Shown here piece by piece: positions 30,632 through 40,001 of a DNA stretch of 64,000 nt; the first letter of the stretch is position 1, and every line of letters begins with the position of its first letter. A model generated the notes under the pieces. The model ran no database searches and was not told where the DNA came from. It saw nothing but the letters and a program-made list of their open reading frames with translations. Origin of the DNA: an uncultured Chloroflexia bacterium (GTDB taxonomy: Bacteria; Chloroflexota; Anaerolineae; JAAYZQ01); NCBI GenBank assembly GCA_963700285.1, contig CAVOXA010000014.1, positions 768,001 to 832,000 on the forward strand. Reading direction: 5' to 3'. The position numbers and the translations under genes were made by a program.

Positions 30632-32347
30632 ATGGAGAAACCCTGGCTAAAGCACTACGACGAAGGGATACCAACCACCATCGATTACCCCCGCATCCCG
30701 CTGGACCGGCTCCTGGCGGATTCGGCCGCCAAGCATCCCAACCAGACCGCCACCATCTTTGGCGCCATGGTGGGCTCGCGTCTGATGGATGCCAAGCTGA
30801 CCTACAGGCAACTGGACAATGCCGTGAACCGCTTCGCCGTCGGCCTGCAGGAACTGGGTGTCGCCCAGGGCGACCGGGTGGCCATCATGCTGCCCAACTG
30901 CCCGCAGTTCATCATCGCCGCCTATGCCACCTGGCGCATCGGCGGCGTCGTCGTGTGCTGCAACCCACTCTACGTGGACCGGGAGATCGAGCATTTGATC
31001 CAGGACTCGGGCGCGGAGACCTTTGTGATCATGAGCCAGTTCTACGACCGCATCAAGAGCATCCGGGGCAACACCGGCCTAAAGCGGGTAGTGGTGACCA
31101 ACATCAAAGAGTATTTCCCCGGCTTGCTCAAGTTCCTCTTCTCGCTGGCCAAAGAAAAGAAAGAGGGCCACAAGGTCGACATCTCCGCCGACGCTGGACA
31201 CCCACTGGTTCCAGGCTATCCTGGAAGGGGCGTCGGCCGGCGCCGGACCGGCGGCCGGTGGAGATCGATCCCGACGAGGTCGCGACCCTGATCTACACCG
31301 GCGGTACCACCGGCGGCCCCAAGGGCGCCCAGCTCAGTCACTACAACCTGGTCTCCAACGCCGTCGCGCTGAACATCTGGGTCAAGAGCCGGGAAGCGCA
31401 GGACATCCTGCTGGCCGTCATGCCCTACTTTCACAGCTACGGCCTGACCGTGGGCATGAACGTCTGCATCGCCAACGCCATCACCATGGTCCAGATCCCC
31501 AACCCGCGCGACATGAGGCACGTCCTCAAGTCCATTGAGACCCACCGGGTGACCTACTATCCCGGCGTGCCGACCATGTTCGTCGGTCTTCTCAACTTTC
31601 CGGACAGGGACCAATACGATCTGATCGTCGCTGCGCTTCGCGGTTAGCGCCGCCGCGCCGCTGGCCCCCGAGACACAGCAGCAGTTCCAGACCGTCACCG
31701 GTGGCCTCCTGCTCGAAGCCTACGGTCTGACGGAAACCAGCCCCTGCGCCACCATAGACCCCGTCGACCGGCCCGCCGACAATTCCCTGGGCGTGCCGCT
31801 GCCCGACACCGATGTCAAGATTGTGGATGTGGAAACCGGCGACGAGGAGCTGGAACCGGGCGCCATCGGCGAGATCATCATCAAAGGCCCGCAGGTCATG
31901 AAGGGCTATTGGAACCTGCCCACCGAAACCGCCAACGCCCTGCGGGTGGGGCCCGACGGCCAGCCAGGCTGGTTCTACAGCGGCGACATTGGCTACATGG
32001 ACGACGATGGCTACTTTCACATGGCCGACCGCAAGAAGGACATGATCATCGCCGGCGGCTTTAACATCTACCCCGCTGACGTCGAGGCGGTACTCTTTGA
32101 GCACCCCAAAGTTAAAGAAGCAGCGGTCATCGGCGTGCCCGACGCCTACCGCGGCGAGACGGTCAAGGCCTACATCGTGCTCAAGGAGGGCGAGACAGCC
32201 ACGGCAAAAGAGATCATCGCCTTCTGCAAAGAGCGCATGGCCGCCTACCGAGTACCCCAAATCATCGAGTTCCGCGACGACCTGCCCAAGTCCATGATCG
32301 GCAAGGTCCTGCGCCGGGAGTTGAGGGAGGAAGAACAGCAGAAGTGA
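30632..32347 (+). CDS. Long-chain fatty-acid--CoA ligase (frameshifts near 31200-31260 and 31625)
   Basis: YTGGTTGGPKG, YGLTE, SGDIG..D.DGYF..DRKKD, LPKS..GK spread across frames. Confidence 0.85.
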
Positions 32348-32406
32348 TGCGTGGTACATGTTGCGTGTTTCGTGACCCACGTACCACGCAACACGAACCA
32401 CGTTTC
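32348..32406. repeat. Inverted pair of heptamer arrays (hairpin-forming)
   Basis: tgcgtgg tacatgt tgcgtgt ttcgtga / ccacgta ccacgca acacgaa ccacgtt. Confidence 0.8.
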
Positions 32407-32410
32407 ACCC

Positions 32411-32452
32411 TTGACATCCTGGCGTCCATGATGTATAATGCGATGTATATCG
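32411..32452 (+). promoter_or_regulatory. TA promoter with putative antitoxin operator
   Basis: TTGACA-N17-TATAAT; GATGTATA repeated; CGATGTATATCG near-palindrome. Confidence 0.7.
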
Positions 32453-32473
32453 GCAATACTGGAGATGGGTATC

Positions 32474-32770
32474 ATGGCACAGATGGTCCGCAAACAGGTG
32501 TATATTGAGCCCCGGCAGGACGCCATCGTCAAGCAGCTGGCCCGCAAACGAGGCGTGACTGAGGCCGAGATCATCCGGCAGGCCATAGACCGGGAGGCAA
32601 AGGTTCCTGCTGCGGTCACAGGACAACCAGATACAGAGGCGTGGGAGGAGGCACGCGCCTTCATCCACGCCCTCATCGCCCAGGGGCCCGTTCGCGGCGG
32701 CAGACGATGGAGCCGGGACGAGCTCCATGAGGAGAGGCTGAGTCGCTATGGCCGCAACCGCAATTCTTGA
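32474..32770 (+). CDS. Antitoxin (RHH/CopG-like)
   Basis: 'MVRKQVYI..Q...VK.LA...GVTEAEIIRQAI'; C-terminal 'WSRDELHE'; overlaps PIN gene. Confidence 0.8.
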   Translation: MAQMVRKQVYIEPRQDAIVKQLARKRGVTEAEIIRQAIDREAKVPAAVTGQPDTEAWEEARAFIHALIAQGPVRGGRRWSRDELHEERLSRYGRNRNS

Positions 32771-33203
32771 CACCAACGTACTCATCTACGCCTACGATCG
32801 CTCCGAGCCGGTAAAACAACTGCAAGCCCTCCAGGTTCTGGACCGAGCTCAAAGCTCGGGTGGCGGCGCCCTGACGACGCAGGTCCTGGGCGAGTTCTTT
32901 ACGACGGCGACCCGGAAATTGAGCACTTCGCTTCCCAGCAAGGATGCCGCCCGCCAGGTAGAATTAATGGCCAGGGTATGGCCCATATTGGACGTGACAG
33001 CCTTCACCGTCCTTGAGGCCCTACGCGGCACACTCACCTACCAGATGTCCTACTGGGACGCCCAGATCTGGGCTTCAGCCCGTCTCAACCAGATTCCCAT
33101 CATCCTCAGCGAAGACTTTGACACCGTGAACATCCTCGAAGGCGTGCGTTTTGTGAACCCTTTCGCCGACGACTTTGACCTGGACGCCTGGCTGCCCATA
33201 TAG
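32748..33203 (+). CDS. PIN-domain (VapC-like) toxin
   Basis: LDTNVLIY, QVLGEF, SYWDAQI, LSEDF, NPF. Confidence 0.92.
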   Translation: MAATAILDTNVLIYAYDRSEPVKQLQALQVLDRAQSSGGGALTTQVLGEFFTTATRKLSTSLPSKDAARQVELMARVWPILDVTAFTVLEALRGTLTYQMSYWDAQIWASARLNQIPIILSEDFDTVNILEGVRFVNPFADDFDLDAWLPI

Positions 33204-33250
33204 CGTGCCACCAATCCTTTCCCTGGAGTGAAACGGTGAAGCCAATCTCT

Positions 33251-33308
33251 ACACAACACGCACACGTCCTGAGCCAAGGCGAAGGAACACGCACCACGCT
33301 CCACGCTC
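33251..33308 (+). repeat. Heptamer repeats with nested REP-like element GTCCTGAGCnnnGGCGAAGGA (33266-33286)
   Basis: acacgca/ccacgct units flanking gtcctgagccaaggcgaagga. Confidence 0.7.
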
Positions 33309-33330
33309 CATCCCAACCGAAAGGAGCCCC

Positions 33331-34821
33331 TTGACCAAGGACTATGACGCCATCGTCATCGGTGCCGGCCTGGGCGGCCTGGCCGCGGCCACGACGCTGG
33401 CCCACAATGGACTGTCCGTCCTCCTCCTGGAGCGACACAACGTACCTGGCGGCTATGCCACGAGCTCTGTCCGCGGCCGCTACGAGTTCGAGGTCGCCCT
33501 GCACGAGCTATCGGGCACCGCCCCCCCCGGAGACCGGGGCAACGTCTACCGCGTCCTGGAATACCTGGGGGTGGCCGACAAAGTCAAGTTCCTGCACGTG
33601 CCCGAGCTGTACCGGGCCGTCTTTCTGGAGCCATCGGACGGCCAGTCCGCCGGCTGCAGCCTGGACGTCACCCTGCCTGCGGGCCGCGAGGCATTCGAGG
33701 CCAAGCTCGTCGAAACCTTTCCCCACGAGGTGCACGGTATCCGGCGCTTCCTGCAGCGCGTCTTTGACTTTGGCCGCGACCACGCCCGCTTCCTGAGGCA
33801 GCGGCGCCAGGTCCACCCGGCGACCATCCCCCTGCGCTTCCGCCACTTCGTCCGCTACCTGCCAGCCACCTGGGGCAAGGTGCTGGACCGCGACATCCAG
33901 GCCCCCCCCTCCCAGATCTCCTTCGTCTTCTTGGCCAGTACCCTGGCCGCTTACGTCCGCCGCGGCGTGGCCTTTCCCCAGGGCAGGTCCCAGGCCCTGT
34001 CCAACGCCTTCCTGGCCCGCTTTGAGGAGCTAGGTGGCGAGACGCGTCTGAACTGTAGCGTCCGGCAGATCACCACCGAGAACGGCCGCGTCACCGGAGT
34101 CTTCACCGAGCAGGGCGACGAGATCCGGGCCGGTTGGATCGTGTCCAACGCCGACCCTGTCGCCACCGGACGCGACCTCATCGGCCGGGAAAAGATACCC
34201 GGCAGTTTCTTCTCCGATCTCAGGTCCAACAACGTGGCCGCCTCCACGGTCAACGTCTACCTGGGCCTGGCCTGCCCCCATGACGAGTTGGGGCTCACTG
34301 AGCACGAGATCTTTGTCAACAAGGGCTACGATTTTGAGCGGAACTATGCGGGCATGAAGGTCATTGCACCCCCGGAGGCCATCGCCCTCACCTGCTACAG
34401 CGCCGCCTGCCCCAAGATCTCGCCGCCGGGCACCTCCATGGTCGTGCTGACGGCCCTGGCCTACGGTAAGCCCTGGTCCCAGGTGCCGCCCCACGAGTAC
34501 GTAGACACCAAGAACCACATCGCAGGGTCCATGATAGACCTGGCTGAAACCATCGCTCCCGGTCTGCGCCATCACGCCGACGTGGTCGAGGTCTCTACGC
34601 CGCTGACCAACATGCGCTACACTGGCGCGATGGGCGGCAGCATCTATGGCTTCAGCCAGCCGCCGTGCGACAACATGGTCTGGCGCATGGGCTACAAGGG
34701 GCCGCTGGACGGACTCTATTTCGCCGGCGCCTGGACCCAACCCGGCGGCGGCTTTGAGCCGGCCATAATGTCCGGGATCAGAGCTGGCCGAGCCATTTCT
34801 TACAAGAGCGGGAGAATGTAG
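33331..34821 (+). CDS. Phytoene-desaturase-like FAD oxidoreductase (possible short in-frame deletion near 33900)
   Basis: IGAGLGGL, LLERH..PGGYA, STPLT..RY, GLYFAGAWT.PGGG. Confidence 0.8.
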   Translation: MTKDYDAIVIGAGLGGLAAATTLAHNGLSVLLLERHNVPGGYATSSVRGRYEFEVALHELSGTAPPGDRGNVYRVLEYLGVADKVKFLHVPELYRAVFLEPSDGQSAGCSLDVTLPAGREAFEAKLVETFPHEVHGIRRFLQRVFDFGRDHARFLRQRRQVHPATIPLRFRHFVRYLPATWGKVLDRDIQAPPSQISFVFLASTLAAYVRRGVAFPQGRSQALSNAFLARFEELGGETRLNCSVRQITTENGRVTGVFTEQGDEIRAGWIVSNADPVATGRDLIGREKIPGSFFSDLRSNNVAASTVNVYLGLACPHDELGLTEHEIFVNKGYDFERNYAGMKVIAPPEAIALTCYSAACPKISPPGTSMVVLTALAYGKPWSQVPPHEYVDTKNHIAGSMIDLAETIAPGLRHHADVVEVSTPLTNMRYTGAMGGSIYGFSQPPCDNMVWRMGYKGPLDGLYFAGAWTQPGGGFEPAIMSGIRAGRAISYKSGRM

Positions 34822-34822
34822 C

Positions 34823-35364
34823 ATGGCCGCCATCACCCAAGAACTCCGCTACTGGCTCCAGGACCTTCGCGCCTACCGCCGCGTATCAAGCCGGCGAAGA
34901 GCCCTCCACCGGCCGGGCCAGGGCGTTGACCATGCCGCCCAGGGGCTGGCCGTCCAGGAGATCGTCGCCCGCCTCCATCCCGAGCGAATGAAACTCCGAG
35001 TCATCGACATCATCCAGGCCACGCCCACCACCAAAACCTTCCGCCTGGCCCGCACCGACGGCCCACTGCCGCCCTTCCGCCCCGGCCAGCACGTCAACGT
35101 CTTTGTCGACGTCGACGGCGTCCTCACCAGCCGCCCCTACAGCATTGCCTCGCCGGCGAACCGCTCCTCAATTCGCTGGAGCGTTTTGGAATCGTCGTGC
35201 CTGCCGTTTGCCGCGCCGGTGAATGCAGCGCCTGCCGCACCCGCCTGCTCTCCGGCAGCGTCTTCCAGCCCGCCCACACCGGCCTGCGCGAGTCCGACCG
35301 CCAGCACGGCTATATACACGCCTGCGTCAGCTATCCCTTGGAGGATCTCACCATCCGGATCTGA
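34823..35364 (+). pseudogene. Internally deleted FNR-type oxidoreductase/[2Fe-2S] ferredoxin gene (PaaE/Hcr-like)
   Basis: FAD-binding 'FRPGQH..RPYSIASP' joined out of frame at ~35152 to AGEPLLNSLE...CRAGECSAC...HACVSYPLEDLTIRI*; NAD-binding domain absent. Confidence 0.85.
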
Positions 35365-35403
35365 GACCGATTTGACACCCGTCGTTGCGGACTCTCTTGC
35401 ACC

Positions 35404-35441
35404 CGTCATTGCGAGGAAGCCAAGGGCCGACGAAGCAACCC
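35404..35441 (+). repeat. REP-like element CGTCATTGCGAG...CGAAGCAA
   Basis: cgtcattgcgaggaagccaagggccgacgaagcaacc resembles a widespread intergenic palindrome family. Confidence 0.6.
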
Positions 35442-35495
35442 CCACCTCATCAACAGTGGGCGTCAGCACAAGAGGACGATGAACAGGAGGCACAA

Positions 35496-36644
35496 ATGAA
35501 AATCAAGCCCTTCCACACTGAACGCTATTTCGCCCAACACGAGTTCACCGCACCCCACATCCTCTGCGCCTCCGACTGCGAATCCCTCACCGTGGACGAG
35601 CTTCTCGCCCTCGCCGGCGCAGAACCCGGCGCCCTGGGCGATCAGCACCTGGGCTACACCGAGTCCCAGGGCTCGCCCGCCCTCCGCGCCGAGATCGCCA
35701 AGATGTACGCCGAACTCGATGCCGGCCAGATCCTCGGCCTCGGCGCCCCGGAAGAGGGCATCTTTTGCACCCTGCACGCCCTCCTCGAGCCCGATGACCA
35801 GGTCGTCGTCCTCACCCCCTGCTACGACTCCCTGCTCAACGTCGTCGAGCACCTTGGCTGCCGCATCGCCCGCTGGCCCCTCACAGAAGCGCCCGAACCG
35901 CCCCACGGTCCCGGCGGCTGGCAACTGGATTACCGGACCCTGACCCGGCTCGCCACCCTGCGCACCAAGCTGGTCATCGTCAACTTTCCCCACAACCCCA
36001 CCGGCTACCTGCCCTCCGACGAAGAGTGGCGGACCCTCGTCCGCTGGGTGGAGCGCTCCGGCGCCTGGCTTTTCTCCGACGAGATGTACCGCGGCCTCGA
36101 ATACGAACCCGAACAGCGCCTCACCCCCGCCTGCGACCTCTACGATCGCGCCATCACCCTCAGCGGCCTCTCCAAGACCTACGGCCTGCCCGGCCTGCGC
36201 ACCGGCTGGCTGGCCCTCCAGAACAGCGACCTGCGCGCCCGCGTCGAGGGCTGGAAGGACTATACCACCATCTGCGCCAGCGCCCCCAGCGAGGCCCTGG
36301 CCACGATCGCCCTCCAGGCCGGCGAACAGCTCGCCGAACGAAACCGCGGCATCGTCCTCAACAACCTCTCCCTCGCCCGCCGCTTCTTTGCCCGCCGCAG
36401 CAACGTCTTCCGCTGGAACCCGCCCCGGGCCGGCTCCGTCGCCCTGCCCGGCCTCCGTCAGGACCAGGCCACCGAATTCTGCCAGCGCCTCGTCACCGAA
36501 CAAGGCGTCCTTCTCCTGCCCGGAACCGGCTTCGGCCTCGGCGAGGGCCACGTCCGCTTCGGCTTCGGCCGCCGCAACTTTCCCCAGGCCCTCGAGCAGC
36601 TTGACCTCTACCTCACCCAGCAGCAGGCCCTGCCCGGCATGTAG
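35496..36644 (+). CDS. PLP-dependent aminotransferase class I/II
   Basis: LGYTE..G, NFPHNPTG, FSDEMY, LSKTYGLPGLR.GW; AGGAGG RBS. Confidence 0.9.
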   Translation: MKIKPFHTERYFAQHEFTAPHILCASDCESLTVDELLALAGAEPGALGDQHLGYTESQGSPALRAEIAKMYAELDAGQILGLGAPEEGIFCTLHALLEPDDQVVVLTPCYDSLLNVVEHLGCRIARWPLTEAPEPPHGPGGWQLDYRTLTRLATLRTKLVIVNFPHNPTGYLPSDEEWRTLVRWVERSGAWLFSDEMYRGLEYEPEQRLTPACDLYDRAITLSGLSKTYGLPGLRTGWLALQNSDLRARVEGWKDYTTICASAPSEALATIALQAGEQLAERNRGIVLNNLSLARRFFARRSNVFRWNPPRAGSVALPGLRQDQATEFCQRLVTEQGVLLLPGTGFGLGEGHVRFGFGRRNFPQALEQLDLYLTQQQALPGM

Positions 36645-36653
36645 GTCCTAACC

Positions 36654-36688
36654 AAAAAGGCACGGAGAGCCAAAAGACCCTCCGTGCC
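36654..36688 (-). terminator. Intrinsic terminator between convergent genes
   Basis: AAAAA-GGCACGGAG...CTCCGTGCC; U-tract on minus strand. Confidence 0.6.
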
Positions 36689-36712
36689 ATGGGCGTGAAG
36701 CCACACCCAGTC

Positions 36713-36807
36713 TATCATTCCCGCGCAGGTGGGAATCTATACCACAAACCCCACCAGACCGTCATTCCCGCAATGTCGGCTCCCGAGTGTTGGGGGGCGG
36801 GAATCTA
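36713..36807. repeat. Two ATTCCC...GGGAAT (dRS3-like/REP) palindromes
   Basis: ATTCCC-gcgcaggt-GGGAAT at 36717-36736; ATTCCCGC...GCGGGAAT at 36764-36804. Confidence 0.7.
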
Positions 36808-36812
36808 CACCT

Positions 36813-37283
36813 TTACTCCTTCATAGCCACCGACAAATACAGCCAGTGCGGCGCCAGTTCCAGCGTCCTGTTGGCCCGGTTGTCCGTGGGGATATCCTCC
36901 TCCGACTGGCGGCCGATGGACACCCAAACGACCCGGCTGCCCCATAGCCCGGATGTATCCAAAAAAATGTTGGCCGTGGCACTTTCGCCTCTCCGGACGA
37001 TGGGGATCACCCACCCATCGATGACCTGGTCGCCACGCGCCAGCTCACCGTCCCAGAACTCTACCGCCACGTGGCTGAAACTATCGCCCTGGGCATGGAC
37101 CGTCGCCGTAAGCCGGACCAGCTCGCCGGCGCCGGCGCCTTGGGCTCGAACAATGTCATCCGCAGTGACATACAGCGTCGCTGGCCTGGCCGCTGCCGCC
37201 GCCGGGTCCACCGGCAGCACGGCATAGAAGGACACTATACCCCATAAACTCCAATCCGCGGTACCCTGACCTGGTCCCCCACT
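36813..37283 (-). pseudogene. C-terminal remnant of a secreted protein (CARDB-like domain plus LYLSVAMK tail)
   Basis: 'GELVRLTATVH','VAVEFWDG','E....DN.A'; the frame stays open upstream toward the rpiA stop, with no signal peptide or clear start. Confidence 0.6.
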
Positions 37284-37285
37284 CC

Positions 37286-37969
37286 CTATCTCCCCCTCTC
37301 AATCACCCGGATGCCATCTGCCCCCGCCACCACAAGCTCCGTCGCCATATCCAAAAACAGCCCATGCTCCACGATCCCCGGGCGCTCGGCCAGCGCCCCG
37401 GCCAGCGCATACGCATCCTCAATGCCCTCAGGGAACCAGCAGCGCACCAGGTAATTGCCATTGTCCGTGACGATACGCGAGCCATCCGCCTCGTGCCACA
37501 GCTCCGCCCGGCAGCCCAGCGTCTCCAGCCAGCGCAGGTGGGCCTCCAGCCCAAAGGGCAGGATCTCCACCGGCAGTGCCCCCCGGCCCAGGCGCGCCAC
37601 CACCTTGGACTCGTCGACCACCACTACGAAACGGTCGGCGTGGATCTCGACGATCTTTTCCCGCAGCAGCGCCCGCCCCAGTCCCTTGATGACGTTCAGG
37701 TCCGGGTCCGCTTCGTCCGCCCCATCCACCGCCAGGTCCAGGCGGGCATGGTCGGCCAGGCTCACCAGGGGCACGCCCGCCGCCCGGGCGCGTGCCGCCG
37801 TCCCCTCCGAGGTAGGAATGCCGCAGATGTCCCGCAGCGCCCCGCTCCGCAGTCGCTCCCCCAGCAGGTCCACAAAATACCCGGCCGTAGAACCGGTCCC
37901 CAGCCCCAGGACCATCCCGTCCCGCACATAGTCCAGCGCAAAGCCAGCAGCCTCTCGTTTCAGATTCAT
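37286..37969 (-). CDS. rpiA: Ribose-5-phosphate isomerase A
   Basis: GLGTGST, DGADE, KG.G.ALLREKI, TDNGNY, GIVEHGLF. Confidence 0.97.
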   Translation of the reverse strand: MNLKREAAGFALDYVRDGMVLGLGTGSTAGYFVDLLGERLRSGALRDICGIPTSEGTAARARAAGVPLVSLADHARLDLAVDGADEADPDLNVIKGLGRALLREKIVEIHADRFVVVVDESKVVARLGRGALPVEILPFGLEAHLRWLETLGCRAELWHEADGSRIVTDNGNYLVRCWFPEGIEDAYALAGALAERPGIVEHGLFLDMATELVVAGADGIRVIERGR

Positions 37970-38188
37970 CCCCTGCTCCAAAAAAAGACTCCCAGCAGGC
38001 AATCGCCCGCCGGGAGTCCAGAATTTCACACAATGTACACATAGGTTCGTAGTGCGCGCTTCAGCGCGCCTGGTTTCCCTCTCTGGACGGGCCTCTCTCG
38101 ATGGGCGAAGGTCTGTCTTCAGACCCGCGCTCATGACCGAGCCCACTCGGCGGCGGTCGGGAGACCTTGCCGAACAGGGAGCCAGCCC

Positions 38189-39139
38189 CTACCCCAACGC
38201 CCTCCGCACTTCCTCTATCCGCCCAGCGCTGCCCAGCTTGATGTTCTTGTGGGCGATAAACTTGGCGTATTCCGCCATAAAGATCTTGCCCGGCCCCCGG
38301 AAGTCAAACTTTTCCGGATAGTCGCGGAAATACTCGCGGTGCACGCGCGTCCACACCAGGCGGCCGTCGGTATCGATGTTGACCTTGGTCACACCCAGCG
38401 GCACGGCCTTGGCAAACTCGTCCTCGTCCACACCCTTGGCCGACGGATCCAGCGCCCCGCCCGCCTCGTTGATGCGTACAACCTCTTGGCACGGCACCGA
38501 AGAGGAACCGTGCATCACCAGGGGGAAGCCCGGCAGGCGCCGCTGGATCTCGGCCAGCCGGTCGAAATGCAATCCCTGGCTGCCTGTGAACTTGTAGGCC
38601 CCGTGGCTGGTACCGATGGCTGCCGCCAGGCTATCGCACCCCGACAGGTACACAAACTCGGCTGCTTCGTCGGGATCGGTAAGGCTGGCGTGCTTTTCGT
38701 CGACGGCGATGTCCTCCTCCACACCACCCAGCCGGCCCAGCTCGGCCTCGACGCTGATGCCCACAGCGTGGGCCCGTTCGACTACACGCCGGGTGGTCGC
38801 CACGTTCTCCTCAAAGGGCTCGTGCGAGGCGTCGATCATCACCGAGCTATAGAACCCCGATTCGATGCAATCGTAGGCCGTTTCCTCGTCGCCATGGTCC
38901 AGGTGCACGGCAAAGATGGCCTCCGGAAAGACCTCTTCGGCAGAGCGGATGAGCCCTTCCAGCATCTTGACGCGGGCATAGCTGCGGGCGCCGCGCGAGA
39001 TCTGGATGATAAAGGGCGCCTGGGAATCGAGGCACCCCTGGAACAGGCCGATACATTGCTCCATGTTGTTGATGTTGTAGGCGCCAACGGCGAATTTGCC
39101 ATAGGCGACTTCAAAAAGCTCGGCAGTTGTGACTATCAT
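38189..39139 (-). CDS. fba: Class II fructose-bisphosphate aldolase
   Basis: VHLDHG, SSVMIDAS, VEAELG.L.G.E, IGTSHGAYK, VMHGSSS, KVNIDTD. Confidence 0.96.
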   Translation of the reverse strand: MIVTTAELFEVAYGKFAVGAYNINNMEQCIGLFQGCLDSQAPFIIQISRGARSYARVKMLEGLIRSAEEVFPEAIFAVHLDHGDEETAYDCIESGFYSSVMIDASHEPFEENVATTRRVVERAHAVGISVEAELGRLGGVEEDIAVDEKHASLTDPDEAAEFVYLSGCDSLAAAIGTSHGAYKFTGSQGLHFDRLAEIQRRLPGFPLVMHGSSSVPCQEVVRINEAGGALDPSAKGVDEDEFAKAVPLGVTKVNIDTDGRLVWTRVHREYFRDYPEKFDFRGPGKIFMAEYAKFIAHKNIKLGSAGRIEEVRRALG

Positions 39140-39158
39140 TGTACTCCTCGTTTTCGCG

Positions 39159-39198
39159 AACGTTCCAACGTTTCTACCTTGGAACGCTACAACGTTCT
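39159..39198 (+). repeat. Octamer tandem repeat (AACGTTnn)
   Basis: aacgttcc aacgtttc taccttgg aacgctac aacgttct. Confidence 0.65.
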
Positions 39199-39199
39199 G

Positions 39200-39601
39200 C
39201 TATTTCAGCGTCTGCAGGTAAGCGACTAGGTCACTAAGCTCCTGCGCCGACAGCTCGTTGGCCAGGGCAGCGGGCATCAATCCGGCCGAGAACCCCTCGG
39301 CGATGTGGTCATCGGGCTCCTCGATCGATTTTCGCATATAGTCCTCAGCCGATTGGCCCGAAACGCGCGAGCCGGCATCAGCGCCGATGGTGGCCAGCGA
39401 AGGGCCAACCAGCGTCACCCCAGGCTCTAGGGAGTGGCAAGTAACGCACCCGGGCTGCGTCCCAACCAAGGTTTGGGCAAAGATGGTCTGACCTGCAGCA
39501 GCATCGCCGACAGCGGCACCCTCCTCCGGGGCCGATCCGCCGCCACAAGCAGCCAACGTGAACGCCAATATCAGCAGCAAAAGCAATACCAGTTTTCGCA
39601 T
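39200..39601 (-). CDS. Monoheme c-type cytochrome lipoprotein
   Basis: Lipobox LAAC; CVTCH; GPSL; distal 'MP'. Confidence 0.9.
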   Translation of the reverse strand: MRKLVLLLLLILAFTLAACGGGSAPEEGAAVGDAAAGQTIFAQTLVGTQPGCVTCHSLEPGVTLVGPSLATIGADAGSRVSGQSAEDYMRKSIEEPDDHIAEGFSAGLMPAALANELSAQELSDLVAYLQTLK

Positions 39602-40001
39602 TCGATCCTCCATAGTGTGTGCCGGACGGGTCAGAACGCGATCCATGACTGCGCCCTGCCTTCGCCCCGCTGTGTCAAGGTCTCACGGACGGAAGCCGTT
39701 CGGTGCAATTCCAGATCCATGTTGGAAACTGTACCAAGCAACCTGCAGCCATAGTATAGCACCAAGTCCGTGTGAAAGCAAAAAGTCAGAACCGCAGAAA
39801 CCGGGTATTTCGTGCTGTAAGGCAAGCAAACCACCCGAGACCCGACAACTACGTTCCCGGCTCTCGTCCTCGACGGCTGGGCCGGCCCAAAGGGACGCTC
39901 TTCCACAGCCATCCTCCGAACCAGACTGCCCCCAAACAGCGGCCAGCAGTCTGACGCCTCCGCGCTAGCCCAAGATGGCCCTTTGACCTCCTGCCGGTCC
40001 C

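Noticed and set aside
38048-38180. Cluster of short palindromes between fba and rpiA considered as riboswitch or MITE
   Set aside because: Looks like degenerate REP-type repeats; no known aptamer, terminal inverted repeats or target duplication identifiable
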